This document shows, piece by piece, positions 44,453 through 57,241 of a stretch of 64,000 bases of DNA. Each line of letters begins with the position of its first letter. Position 1 is the first letter of the stretch. The notes beneath the pieces were generated by a model that had not been told where the DNA came from, made no database searches, and worked only from the letters and a program-made list of their open reading frames with translations. The translations under genes and the position numbers were made by a program. This DNA is from Phoronis australis (lineage: Eukaryota; Animalia; Phoronida), in assembly GCA_002633005.1 (NCBI GenBank), contig NMRA01000034.1, positions 1,235,207-1,299,206 on the forward strand. The letters run 5' to 3'.

Positions 44453-47400
44453 GTGAGAAACAAATGCCAAACAGTTAAAGATAGTGCTGCTCACTTGTCA
44501 AGAAATAGTTGTAGTTTTGTGACAGCCAGTTTATTGTGATCAGTATTTGTTGCCAGAGAATACTTCCTTGTTACTCTGTGGAGAGGGCCCCCATGGAAAG
44601 CAGTGTGAACTGATGGGGCTACCCTCATTCTAATATTATTGTAATGAATAAATAAATGGAATATGAACTGCAAAGAGTATGTCGTTCATTATGTTGAGAA
44701 AAGATGAATATATTGCTAGTAAATCCCTGAGATACTAAGGTTGACGGATGGTAACAAATGTTTCGGCCTGGTCCGCTAGGCCTTTGTCAATATGTGGAAG
44801 ATTTCCCGTCATATGCTTGATAAGGATATCACTGTAGAAGGGAGTTAATTGAACGCCGCGGTCCTGATTCAGAATTAGGCACTGGATCTTGATTTTGATT
44901 CTTTGGTTTTACATGCGTGTCAGGTTTGCTTCTTGCTAATGATCTTGAATAAATACATCACCTTTCATTCTGTTGCCTGTGCCCATCTGTATAGAGCTGA
45001 ATGTTATGTCATCAACATTCATGACCTTGTGGAATAGGTAGACCACGTTGAGAGTGCGTTACAAGCTAAAGGTTAGTACCAGGATTGGATTTTAAAAACC
45101 CTCCACGTCGTAAACCTGTTGAAAAACCAGATGGTCCCTCCGTCACCATCCCTTACAAAAGGGCTGAAAGTGTGGAATGAACATAAAATCAAGGAATCTA
45201 ATCAAAATCAAGATTCAGCACCTTTTTAGATTGGGACTGTGGTGTTCAATTATCTCCCCTCTGAAGTGACATCCTTATCAAACATACGGCTGAAATACTC
45301 CAGATTCTCCAGTCATCGACAAAGGCCTGGCAGACCCGAGCAAATAGTCTGCTTCCATTCGTCAATTTTAGTCTCTCAGTAGGCTTTTTTTACCAATGTC
45401 ATTGAGAAACAACCTAATTTCCTGTAATTTTATCCTAATTCAGCTATAATTCTGTCCTGTTTTACACACAGTCAACAGAAAGTTAAATAAAACAGCAAGA
45501 CGTTTCAAAGTTCCTCAAATCATCAGTTATAATTTAAAGTCAGTACACAGATGCAATAACATCATGCAGAGAGGTCATTCGATGATTATTTAAGTTTCTA
45601 TTGACCATTTGGCGTAGAACTGACATTACACCTAGTCCTTCTTAAGTCATTATCTTCAATCTATTGAGAGAGGCACATATGCAAGGGGCCTCGACGCCTT
45701 TTGAGGGTCTCCCAGCCTTTATACTAATTGCTCTTTATGTATTAGCTGTAAATGTATTGTGGCTAAAACAAACTAGTATGATCCTTTTATCGAAGCGCAA
45801 GTTCTCCATGTGGCAGCATATTCCTAACGGATTAGCTGATTTCCTGTGCTTTACAGGTTATTCCAGTGGATGACGTGGAGTGTCCTTTCATGGACAAAGC
45901 TTTCATTACACTGTATGCTGATACAGAAAAGCACCATATGATGGAGGATGTGATGGAATGGAACAGGTCACTAATTATAAAGATTATAATACCAATAAGT
46001 CAAAAGAAGAGCGTATGATATATATTAAATTGAAAAGATCTTCATATTGTGAATGAGTTTCGTACCAGTTAAGGTTTTCAGCTATGCATTAACTGAGATA
46101 CGCATTGACTGTGCATGAAGATTTGTTCAATATTATGTATCCACCAGTCAAATTAACTTTCTTAGTAATGATTTGATAGCTTATATTACTGAAGGCAGAA
46201 CAGACGAAGTACTAGAGTTCACCAAAAGATGGCACCACGTTAGAGTGCTAATACTACAATGGTGATTTAAGAAGAGCTGATGTTCAGTGGCTCAGCATTC
46301 AAAACAATTTAATATTGAGATGTGGATATAGGTTCTCAATATTAGGTGAGTGTCCATCTTATTAATGGAAACCTTCCAAGAATGGAAAAGCAACGTCATC
46401 CAAATTAAAGTCATGTCAAGTACAACGGACACTATCCTGCATCAGTGGTGTGATGAGAATTATTAAGGCTGGCTCAAAACACACCCCACGTCGCCCTCCT
46501 CTGTGCTAACCCATTTTGACATGCCTTAAGTGATGGCCAGTCCCCTAAGCTATGCTACCTATCTGTTCATATCAAGTTAGTCTACTGACATGCACTACAT
46601 GCGTGCACATATTGAAGGTTAGTCATTTGCATAAAACCTTTAGTGAAAAAGTTAATATGTTTTTTTATCTGAACATGCATTTTCTGGTCATATATCTGAA
46701 AACTCTTGCAGGTTTTACAAGTGTGCAATTGACTTGAGAGACCATGAGCGAGAGATTGACTTTGTAGGCACTATCACTGAGGAAGGTCACCAGCACTTTA
46801 AAGGGATTGTACCCCTAGAGTGTCTCATTCAAGTCCCCATCAAGTTCTGTAAGTTTACCACCAACTATCATAGTGTTCGACGCTTAGCTCATGCCAATTC
46901 AACTTAGTAAAAATCGCAGGTCGCCACTGAGTTTGCCAAAATCAGGTCAGAAGTCGTGGACCAAAAAATGTGTTGCTGTCACCATTTTTAAAAATTGCGC
47001 ATACCTGTTCCATTTTCCCCATAAATATACACCATTCGCTGTGTATTGTGGTATACATTACCATGGCATGACTCATCACCGCATCAAACAGTGGTTCCCA
47101 TTATGGCTTATATTTTATTACAAAGTGCATTCCATACAATATTCATCAATTTCCATTGGGCATTATTTTGTACATTTACTACGCATTAAAATACAATCTC
47201 GTGCAGCAATTTCCCACCAAATCCGAACCTCTTCTTTTCTAATGAAATTTTAAGGCACTAGAAATATTTTTCTGTAGCATAAAACCATGCAAGTGTCATA
47301 TACATGGAACATTAAATTTCTTCTACTGTGTTCATTCATCACTGACTTCACTGCATGGCAAAGTGAGGAATTCCTTAAACACAATCTTCTTCTCATCAGA

Positions 47401-50400
47401 CAAACAATGATCCTATTCAATGTAATTTTCAAATTGGCTACCAGTTTTGTTTGTGGTTATGATTTTGCGACGACCACTTTGTATGTAGACGTCGTTCTCA
47501 GTGTACCGAGTTTTCGAACAGCTGTGGAAAAACACAAAACTGAGGGATCTAATGATCTTCTGGGGCTGCCACTGTGGCATCAGAAATCATAGTACTTGGG
47601 CAATACATGGAAATTGTAATCAAGTTGTTGACATCATGCTGCTTAGTACACTGTACATGATTGTGTGCATTGGTGCTTTGTTACTCTATGTAACGGACAA
47701 CTGTGGCGGCATTCGAAGATTGTGGTAAAAGATTACAGCTGCTGTGACGCATCACTTTCAGTCAGAATTGAGCAGAAATGAATCTGCTGGCGGAATTGTC
47801 TGTCGTGACTCAGAAACTGTCTTTTGTCTCATTTTTGGCTTGTACTGTGTTTTATAAACAAACTTTGTGTTTCAGGTTTGTCGCTGCACATGGCTGAGGA
47901 TGGAAATGTGAGTGTACGCAATATGGAGAGTCATGACATCACAGTAACATCTCAGGCTGGTGATTGTAATCTCAGACATATTAAGGTATGGCAGTCCGTC
48001 TAACGTAAGGTGTTGAGAGTTAACCCTGTCTACACAGTCAAGTATAAAACCATCTGGCTTGGATTCTTGTTAGTCGATCAAAAGCACAATCCAGCTGCTA
48101 GAAACTGCAACCAAATTACACTGAATGGGATACATCAGCTGATAGTGATTACAGGTGATTTAAACGTTTTTTTACACTGCAGTTGGTGTTTTGTTAATAT
48201 TGGGGATGTGGGATATTTACTGAGATTGCATCTGACGCTGTCTTTGCTATATGGGTGGATCTCGTCAGATGCTGCCTGACATGTGCCATCCATTTTTTTA
48301 GTTATTTGAGATTTACTGATGGCTGAGATCTGACACCAGAACATTTCTCAAGTTTCAATGTAGTTGTATGACTCTGGGTTCAAGAGAACATGGTGTCTTT
48401 TCCTATCCTGTTATTTGCACAACCGATCAACATGAAATTTACAGTCACGTACGTCTCGTCAATGTATCGGTGCCAGTTGTTTTTGGCTCAGATCTGATGC
48501 AAGATGGTGCTTTCATTTGATTCTTGTTTTGTCTGAATTTTTTAATATTTATTCATGAAAGATAAGAAGCATCAAATAAACTCTCTCATTTCTTTAAGAT
48601 TCATCCCTTAGCTTCTGTCAGACAATGTTTTGAGAAGTGTTGTGCATTCATAGCAATGATAGATGCTCTGAGAAAAAAAGGTCAAATTGACAATTACTTT
48701 TAATTGGTTCCAAATTGGTAAAATTTTAGTGTAGCCTTCTCTGGCATAGAAGATTTGGGATTGTTTGCAATTATCACAATTTTTATGAACATACAAACCA
48801 TATACTTTACAGGGGTCAGGATTTGCTGGTAGCGCACACTTTTGACATCATAAACATGGCAATGTCAAATACTTACTTTTTCATAAAAACATTTACAAAA
48901 CTTCCAAAAACAGAAATTTCGCTAAGATCCAACCGGGCCTACAGGATGTATGATGTATTGCAAGATTACGCACCCATTGCTTCCCACTTCTGCTGCAAAA
49001 AAGGGCATCAACCAAAAAAAAATGTTGTTTGATTCCACTTCTGACCTTGACTTGGGCGAGCACTTTGCTTCGTTGTCCATCGAGGCAGGCTAAGTTCATA
49101 AAAAGTCATCCAATAACTTCCAACATTTTGTTACTTTATTTTGTGGCAATTGTGCTAGCATTAACGCCTGCTTGGAATTCATTAAAGAAGGTACAACATT
49201 GGTCCTAGAACAAATGTCACAGTTTGGGCAAGGACACTGGTGCAGTATCAAAGTGCAGTCTAACTTATTCACAGTACAAGGTGTGATTTATGTTTCATTT
49301 GTTTATTTTAAAAAAGCACTATCAATATCATAGTCGTTTGTCAAAATACGGTCGTGTACTTGATGTAGGTCTACATGGAATGGCATGTTGTTTTTGACTG
49401 AGTTCAATACACACTTTCTTAAAAGAACATGTTGGCTTTCTATATTGTGTACATACGTTGTATGGCAATACTTGTCAGCAGGAATACTCAACAGGGATCT
49501 TGCCAGTGACCACCGTTCATGGTCTCGTTCAGGCTGTGCTTAAAACGCAGTTTTGATTCCCCTTGCTCTACCCTTGCGCCTCTGAAGTGGGAGATATAAA
49601 GTTTAATAATTGCATGTTGTTTTTGTTGTAAAAATACTTAGTTTTTACAATAATTGAAAAAAGTTTTTGTAAAATTGTAAGAATACTTTGAATTGCGCAC
49701 ATTTTTTCACTGCTGGTAGCTTAGTTTCAGTATTTGGCTCATAATGTACACTCGTATGCTGCCAAATAAACATGAAATAATAGTATCGTCATTGTTGTAT
49801 GTTTTCGGGAGAAGTGAAAGTCATTACTATTTGTACGCTTGGGAAAATTATGGTAATTGTGAATGGTTCCAAGTAGATTTGACCTAAAGTATTGATATTT
49901 GAATGTTTAAGGTATGATCAGACACTATGTGAATGTTAGAACACTTGTTAGTCGATATGAGCTTTATTGAATATTTTTGTGTAAATGCTGATTAATGGCA
50001 GGTGTTAAGTACCAGTATAAATTTGTTTTCTAGGCTGGTAATATCCACGTTCACAGTATGTCCGGAAACATCGTATGTAGAGACTCCATCCAGGGAAACA
50101 TTGAGTTGAAGACCAATTTAGATGGAGTAAGTATTGAACTCTAGTCAAGAATTTTGCAAAAATAATCAAGTTGAATGCAACATTTTCTTGCTTTCCTGGG
50201 GTTTGAATCCACAATTTCCCGTCATACTTTTGAAATATAACAGCTCTGTGCTCTCCAATTCAAGCATAGTACTTTCACTTCTGTGAGACACTTGATTGCT
50301 ATATGCGCGTGCCATGTGCTAAAATGTAAAGTTTTATGGCTTCTGTAGCGGAATCGATCATTTTCATCAGAGTTTTTGGGAGGGAGAGTGTTTCTGGTTA

Positions 50401-53400
50401 GAAGATTTCCGTTGAACTTGATTCAGATGTATGTCGTGGCAATGAGCCAGTGGAAGTGGTGGATTTGAGTACTACAGCACCTAGCGATTACAGTATTTTG
50501 GAGGTGATGGCATCTACCAGTTTTGAGTCAATTCCAATATGTTCTGTGCCCCATTATGCCTATTGCCAATCCTTAGTGAAAGGAATTAAACTACGCCTGC
50601 CAATTTTTGGATGCCTAGTTCTGTTTCTCTTTGTAGCATTTTTATGCGCTCACATGTACATGTAGCAATGTGGATGCATATTGCTGTCATCTCTGTCTGG
50701 GCATGTGGTGTCTGCTGCTGTATCTCTTACTTAAATCTCAAGGGATCTCATTAAGCTTTGTTTGTATGAACCTGACGAGGACAAGTTTCCAATTAGTGCT
50801 GCACCCCTTACTGACAATTTAAGTTGGTATGCACCCACATGTGGACCCATATTGCTGTCATTTCTTTCGAGGCATCCAGTGTCTGGGCGTTAGTTGCTGT
50901 GCCTCCCTGCTCAGAGCTTGGAATTTTCTTCTTTTAAGAGGATTTCCTCTTTCTTTGGTTTCAATTTCCTCTTATTTGATTCCCAGTTTCCTCTTTTCGT
51001 CTCTTTTTTATCATTATTGTGACTTTATTCATGCAACAACGTTTATTTCAGTAAAATTTTCAACACAAAAAATATTTCTGTGACACAAGCCTATTTATTG
51101 TGGAATGATATAACTCCCTGAAAATTTTTTTTATGATTTATCATTCGTACCCCTGCCTGCAGGACCTTATTAAATGAAATTTTGGCAGATGTGTTCCTAT
51201 TAAACTGACGACAAATTTAGAACGGATCCAACTACTGCTCTGCCCTTAGTGGAAATTTTAGTGGTTTGCGTTTTCCTTTGTATCTTTAGAGCTCCTAAAC
51301 GTGTTTTCATGAAATTTAGCAAGTACTTTCTATTAAGGAGACAACGATGCCTTAGTTCTCATTTTGTATTTGATGTATTTGACGCCACAAAGTGGACATT
51401 TTAAAAATTTGTAGTACTGCTCTGACATCCAACTCTCTATCCACCAGATGAGGAGACTGGAGCTGATGCTGATTTTCAGTTCAGATCGGTTCACCTACTC
51501 TGGTGGCAATTCTTTTGCATCCACGGCTCTGTCTCGTTAACCCTTAGCGCGACCTTTGTGAAATTTAGGACATGAGTTCCTGTGGAGATGACAGCAATTG
51601 TCATAAGTTTCAGACCAATCCAATCTCAGCTGTGCCCCCAGGGGCACTAGATGTGTTTGACGGCTGCACTTTTTATCCGCATCATGTTTCTAGGGCCAGG
51701 GCACTTAATGTCCGACCTCAAATTAAAGTTCCAAATTATTTCATACCTTTCCCCTCACCTTTTGACTTCTACTTTTGTTAGTACAATGTTCTCAAGATAA
51801 GCGTCAATGATTTCTTGAGTGTACTACAATTAGTGAAGATGTCTTGAGTTTATATTCCATGTTCTCACTTGATATCCTCTTAATTTGAGCAAAATCTTTG
51901 TGTTAAGACTTGAGATTTCAAGTTCAGACTCGAACTGCTTTGATGTATCCTCATCAAGTGCAAACTGGAATTAGATAATTATTTGAGTTCGGACTAAAGC
52001 AGAGCTGGAAAGGTGTTGGGATGTACAGATATGATGTAAACTGTGACAAGTGAGACAAGCAAATAACTTGAGTCATTTTTACTCCTCCACTTCTCAATGT
52101 GTAAAATATTTCTTGTTTTACTATGCTTGATTGTTTTGTTTGGCCTCAGACCATCCAGGCAGACAAGTTGCAAGGCCAGCACATTAAAGTCAGGAGTGAA
52201 AACGGGGACATAAAAACCAAGGCAATTTATACAGACGATGCCAATTTCTGGAGCCAGACAGGGGAGATAAGACTGGGCAGCTGCCATGGAAAAATAGTCA
52301 CAGATGTCAGCGAAGGAAATATTTTCATTGGTAATTCAACGTTAGCATTTTTTGGAAATAACAAAAAGTGCATGTATACAGCAAGCTCTTCATTAATTCG
52401 CATAAACTCAGTTTTGTGTTGGCGTACATATAGATTATTACATGGTGAAGTTGTTATCTCACATAATCTACTGCCCGTGGTTTTTGGAGAATTGTATTGT
52501 TGATTGCTAGCATGTTATGCTAAATGCGACTCTTCATTTCTTGAAAGATAGAGGCACTGCTCCTTGTTCACGTTCAAATTAAATGCCCATCTTCACGAAA
52601 CACGTTGATGTGCCAAGATATGGTTGATTGTCTTAGCCGAGACCAGGCATATGACCTACATACCTCTTTCAAAATATTGGACTAAGTACTGCTCTGATTA
52701 TGGAAGAATTCTAGTATGCCCAAGGCTGGGTGTTGTGTCTTGACCATTATCGGTTAAAAAGAACCTGATGGACATTTAAACAATTGTTTAATCAATTTTT
52801 CAGACACAGTTGATGGTAACTTGCAAGCTTGTGTCAAGAAAGGCTATTTTGAAGGACACATTTCGCGGGTTGACAACAAAGTTGTGGTGAAAAATGGTGA
52901 AGGTACTGTGGAAGGAACTTATTATAAATCAAATATTAACTAAGATTACTAATTATTCCTATCTGCGAAAGCTGTTCAAATGATTACAGAAATAAATCTC
53001 GTTCATTTTCTCTGCTTTCATTTTTTGTGAGAATTTATCAAACCAATTCTCACATTCTGCACTGATCATTGTGGGCTACAATGCCGATTCAAGGAAGTGG
53101 GATGAGCTGGATAAATATCAGATGTGAGATGTCACATTTCATCCCTTCCTGACAGTTCTGAAGGACAAAAGACAGTGAAGCCTGCCATGCGCACAACGCC
53201 TTGTTGTACAATCTATTAAGAGCATGGACATTTTGAGACATCCAGTTGTGAAATCACAGATGAAATTTGAAACTGATACTGGAAATAAAACTTATTAAGT
53301 TAGTGACGTTGCTTCCGTCTCTCACGGACTTCAGATTGGCTAGGTGAAACGAAACAGTCCATTGCAATGCGTATGTCACAACACCGTCACCCTGGTTGTG

Positions 53401-56400
53401 GGGAGTCTTATGACTCGGGTATCTGTAGTCATCCATGTGCTACGGGACATTTTAATACTGAGGATGTTACTGTCCTAGACTGTGAGGGGGATTGGTTCAG
53501 AAGGGGTGTTAAGGAAGCTGTACATGAACACATCAAGAGTCCCTCTTTGAATAAACGAGGTGGTTATAGGTTTAATCTGTCACACGTGTGGGATAGTGTC
53601 CTGACCTCAATGCCATGCCGTCTGGCTAAAACGCCACCTATCAGCCAGAATAGTAACAACATCAATAGCCAAGCTGAAGTCCGTGAGAGACAGACGCAAT
53701 GTCGCTAACTTTAGTAAGTTTTATTTCCAGTATTAGTTTCAAATTTCATCTGTTATATAATCTTACCTCACAGCTGGAGTGCGTGATATGGTTTTAGAAA
53801 GTCTTGAGCCCATCTTTTATTCATCTGTGTAACCACAGTCCTATGTGTGGCACAACCCAGAATACTCAATACAAAAAGGCTACTGAATGCCGGCAAGAAA
53901 CCAGTAACCTGCAGATGACATCAGCCTGGGTATCTTGCCATTCCTACTGTTTGAGCGGAGCACTGAGTGATGAGTCATACACTGCATCATCAATGACCCT
54001 GTTGAGCACTGGCGTATAAACTTTAATATGTTTGTTGTTCTATACATTGAAACTAAATTGTCTGTTGTCTCACAGGTAATGTACGCCTTCAAGTGCCTGA
54101 TACCCTTGACGCTGATCTTGATCTGACTGCTGACCACATCATGGTAGAAAATGACTTAGTGGTGTATGATGCAGAAGAACACGACAGTCCTGATGGCAGA
54201 CGGCGATACAAAGGTGGGTGTGAATCTAGTCAGACTCTGATTTTGTGCCCCCTTGCAACGCTATTCACAGTTACCACAGGCTGCTAAAGGAGCGTTCGCA
54301 CTGGGCGTATGTAGCGTTGTGTAGTACAGCATATTGAGTACTATGTGGGGCTGCGTAATGCAGTGTGTTGAGTACTATGTAGGATTGTGTAATGCAGCAT
54401 ATTGAGTACTATGTAGGGTTGTGTAGTGCACTATATTGAGTACTATGGAGGGTTGTGTAGTGCACTATATTGAGCACTATGTAGGATTGTGTAATGCAGC
54501 ATATTGATTACTATGTAGGGTTGTGTAGTGCACTATATTGAGTACTATGGAGGGTTTTGTAGTGCACTGTATTGAGCACTATGGAGGGTTGTGTAGTGCA
54601 CTATATTGAGTACAACGGAGGGTTGTTTAGTGCACTATATTGAGTACTATGGAGGTTTGTTTAGTGCACTATATTGAGTACTATGGAGGGTTGTTTAGTG
54701 CACTATATTGAGTACTATGGAGGGTTGTGTAGTGCACTATATTGAGTACTATGGAGGGTTGTTTAGTGCAGCATATTGAGAACTTATTGTTGTTGATGTT
54801 GTGTCTATGCTGTTCCCATGGCAAAGCAGTTCATCAGATGAACGTCAAAAATTATTAAGCATGTGTATTTTTTGGAATAATTTCTGCAAAGAGCACTAGG
54901 TGCAGAAAGTTTACTTAACACTTGGCTGCTGTATGCTATGCCTAAACAACGGGCAACTTTAAATTTACTCAGTGGCAACAATGCTTTAACTGTCCTTCCA
55001 GTAGATACATTCATTCAGGTAGTTACATTGGACTGTTATCTCACCATTGCCTCCATGATAATCAAGTGCTATCTGTTCTTAAGTGCGTTAGATTTTTTAA
55101 ATTTCCCTATTTTGGCAATTACAAATTTGTAAAAAAATGCGAGTGGTCACTACATTATTACAGCCACCTAAACCAAGGCACTTCTAGTTATATTTATTTT
55201 ATGATTGAAATCCTTTTGAAAACAGATCAATCATTGCACTGTCATTTATACTTTAACTGGCAGTGCTTATTTACCGTTTTACTGGTTTGCTTTTTGTGGT
55301 TTTTGAGTACCTCAAAATTTAGCACAAGAAGTTACAATGTTGACATTTTTTCTTCTGTGTTTCGTTTTGATGCCCATTGCATTTCCTATGGAATAATAAG
55401 AGACCTGGAAGGGGTCACTTTCTTCATTTTGAGGTTATTTTAGCTCAAACAGTATCTCGTAAAATTCCACAGTTTGACCTTGTCAAAAGTACGTCAATTT
55501 CAGAATAGTGATTATCCCCTCTGCGTTTCATTAAGTGGTGATTGTTGTTGGGATTGTTTTAGCTTATGGGAACAATCTGAGAAGAGAGATTTCTTCTAAT
55601 TAATAAATTCAAAATCTTCGTCTGAATTCAGTCACACTTAATGTCTACACTTAGGTTTTTCTTTTGTTTAGTGAAGCATCATTGTAAAATTTGATGTCAT
55701 GCTCTCGTACCAAACATCAAAATATTTTTTAAATAATGAATCTGATTTGAAATAAATAATCACATTCAAATGTTGTATTGTCAGTGTTGTAAACTGACTG
55801 CTTTATGCCTTTTATGCCAAACTGTGTCGAATCCCTTTTACTTTACTCAAGCATTAGAAAGAGAAGGGTTTTAGCTATACCTAGTGAATATAAAATCTCC
55901 AGTATTGTTGTACCTTACGCCAGCGCGACGATAACGCCAACCTATGCATTACCTACTCACGACCTATATGCCGATCCTTCACGTAGCAATTTTTTTCATG
56001 AGTACACAACCAACAATGCAACTCTATGCTAGCCCTGAGTGAAAGACTCTTAAACTATCCTTCTGGTGCATTCCTTTTCCTGATGAACGATTTGTAGTTG
56101 CAAAACTGGCATTAACTTTAAATCTTTGAATTAACAGCGAAAGTCTCGATCAATTCTGACTCATTTTTGGAGCAGCAGTTCATACCACATTTTTAACTGC
56201 AATTAAACTTTAAACTGAGGTGCTTGCTTATGGAGTGCTTGCTTATGGAGTGCTTGCTTATGGAGTGCTTGCTTATGGAGTGCTTCTTATGGAGTGCTTG
56301 CTTATGGAGTGCTTGCTTATGGAGTGCTTGCTTATGGAGTGCTTGCTTATGGAGTGCTTCTTATGGAGACTAGCAGTACTGTTGTAGATAAGTGTGTTAC

Positions 56401-56523
56401 TTTGTTTTCGTAGGAAAACTAAATGGTGGATCTGACCATCATTCAATCACTGCGGATACAGCCAAAGGAAGAATTGTCGCGGAATCTGTGAACTGGTTTG
56501 ACACACTGAAATTTGAAAAGTAA
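44234..56523 (+). CDS. FAM185A: FAM185A-like protein (DUF4097-type beta-strand repeats), spliced, 398 aa
   Basis: Exons 44234-44452, 45857-45966, 46712-46848, 47876-47985, 50034-50126, 52150-52330, 52804-52902, 54076-54213 and 56414-56523 (1197 nt, phases consistent). Recognised segments: W...V.PYGKL.V.VP, VPIKF, DKLQG..I.V.SENGDIK.KAIY, GEIRLGSCHG, C-terminal ADTAKG...NWFDTLK. Confidence 0.88.
44727..45379. mobile_element. Penelope-like remnant with inverted pLTR arms
   Basis: Arms ~44727-44915 and ~45181-45379 are inverted. Hammerhead-like TTGACAAA-GGCCT-loop-AGGCC-GAAAC on the minus strand (44760-44790). The spacer encodes decayed HVESALQAKG*YQDWILK and SVTIPYK, resembling the PLE RT-EN linker. 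Confidence 0.65.
45857..45966 (+). CDS. FAM185A: FAM185A coding exon 2
   Basis: VIPVDDVECPFMDKAFITLYAD... Confidence 0.82.
46712..46848 (+). CDS. FAM185A: FAM185A coding exon 3
   Basis: FYKCAIDLRD...LECLIQVPIKF. Confidence 0.85.
47876..47985 (+). CDS. FAM185A: FAM185A coding exon 4
   Basis: LSLHMAEDGNVSVRNMESHDITVTSQAGDCNLRHIK. Confidence 0.88.
50034..50126 (+). CDS. FAM185A: FAM185A coding exon 5
   Basis: AGNIHVHSMSGNIVCRDSIQGNIELKTNLDG. Confidence 0.88.
50639..51650 (+). mobile_element. degenerate HINE-like element(s) in FAM185A intron 5
   Basis: Heads at 50639 and 50829; TGCCCTTAGTGG at 51241; TTTTCATGAAATTT. Confidence 0.65.
52150..52330 (+). CDS. FAM185A: FAM185A coding exon 6
   Basis: TIQADKLQGQHIKVRSENGDIKTKAIY...SEGNIFI. 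Confidence 0.9.
52804..52902 (+). CDS. FAM185A: FAM185A coding exon 7
   Basis: TVDGNLQACVKKGYFEGHISRVDNKVVVKNGE. Confidence 0.88.
53256..53753 (+). mobile_element. 5'-truncated Penelope-like element: GIY-YIG endonuclease C-terminus flanked by inverted pLTRs
   Basis: 53343-53708 encodes GETKQSIAMRMSQH...VLDCEGDWFRRGVKEAVH..KSPSLNKRGG; 53256-53343 is the reverse complement of ~53665-53753. Confidence 0.85.
54076..54213 (+). CDS. FAM185A: FAM185A coding exon 8
   Basis: NVRLQVPDTLDADLDLTADHIMVE...RRYK. Confidence 0.88.
54297..54782. repeat. 34-bp minisatellite, ~14 copies
   Basis: ATATTGAGTACTATGGAGGGTTGTGTAGTGCACT at a 34-bp period (54331, 54365 ... 54773). Confidence 0.95.
56217..56368. repeat. 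15-bp minisatellite, ~10 copies
   Basis: GGAGTGCTTGCTTAT tandem; two copies lack one G. Confidence 0.95.
56414..56523 (+). CDS. FAM185A: FAM185A coding exon 9 (last)
   Basis: KLNGGSDHHSITADTAKGRIVAESVNWFDTLKFEK*. Confidence 0.88.
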
Positions 56524-56584
56524 TTATGGTGACTTAAGTCTTTGTTACAAGTTTTTCGTTAAGTCACACGCAGCGTTATATGGA

Positions 56585-56590
56585 AATAAA
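56585..56590 (+). terminator. candidate FAM185A polyadenylation signal
   Basis: AATAAA ~60 nt after the stop, followed by T/GT-rich sequence. Confidence 0.55.
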
Positions 56591-56812
56591 CTTTTGCTTT
56601 GTTTAAAGGCTTTAACTTCAGTGAGTTTACTCTGTATGACCCTAGTTTGACATCATGGTAAAACGCTATGGACTGAGTGAAGCTTGCTACTTCACTCATC
56701 TCCTCAAACTCAATTGCAGATTGCAGTGTACTCTTTCAATCTCAAGGGCTGCATGGAGCTTTAATTAAAGCTGAATTTTTACGAACTGTCCAAATATGAA
56801 CATCTAGGGGTT

Positions 56813-57241
56813 CAGTGGCCGGTTGCATGACAGTCCCAAATAGGGATTCAACTAGTAAGTTCCCCAAGACTTTTGCGTATTTGTTTTGTTCTTTGCTCAT
56901 AGATGTAATATTTTTTCTATCATTTTATCTTTATTATGATCTCCTCATTAACTAAATAACAATATATAGCTAAAAACTGAGCCATTAATTCAATCAAAAT
57001 ATAATTGGGACTTAGTCCTTAAATTAAGGGTTTGTTGCATGATAAGATCCCAACTTATTTTCACCGATATTATAGAATTCACCCTCAAGTTGTATCGAAG
57101 ACAAAAATTGACTTAGTACTGAGACTCAAACAGCATAAAAAAGGCAATCAGTGTTTTCACAAAGCACACAAATACGCAGTAGATTTAGGGAACTTAGTTA
57201 ATGAGTAGCTATTTGGGACTGTTTCATGAAGCCGGGCACTG
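56813..57241. mobile_element. MITE with long imperfect inverted termini
   Basis: CAGTGGCCGGTTGCATGACAGTCCCAAATAG ... CTATTTGGGACTGTTTCATGAAGCCGGGCACTG; internal symmetry too. Confidence 0.75.

Noticed and set aside
48813-49032. Extra FAM185A exon after tttacag
   Set aside because: The peptide lacks the repeat pattern, and exon 50034-50126 already supplies the expected segment in the right phase.
54297-54782. CRISPR array (34-bp palindromic repeats)
   Set aside because: Units are head-to-tail with no unique spacers, there are no cas genes, and it lies in a eukaryotic intron.
3808-56413. U12-type or GC-AG introns, and intronic C/D snoRNAs
   Set aside because: All reconstructed introns are ordinary GT-AG without the RTATCCTT donor. 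The TGATGA hits I checked lacked a suitably spaced CTGA with a terminal stem; this was a manual scan only.
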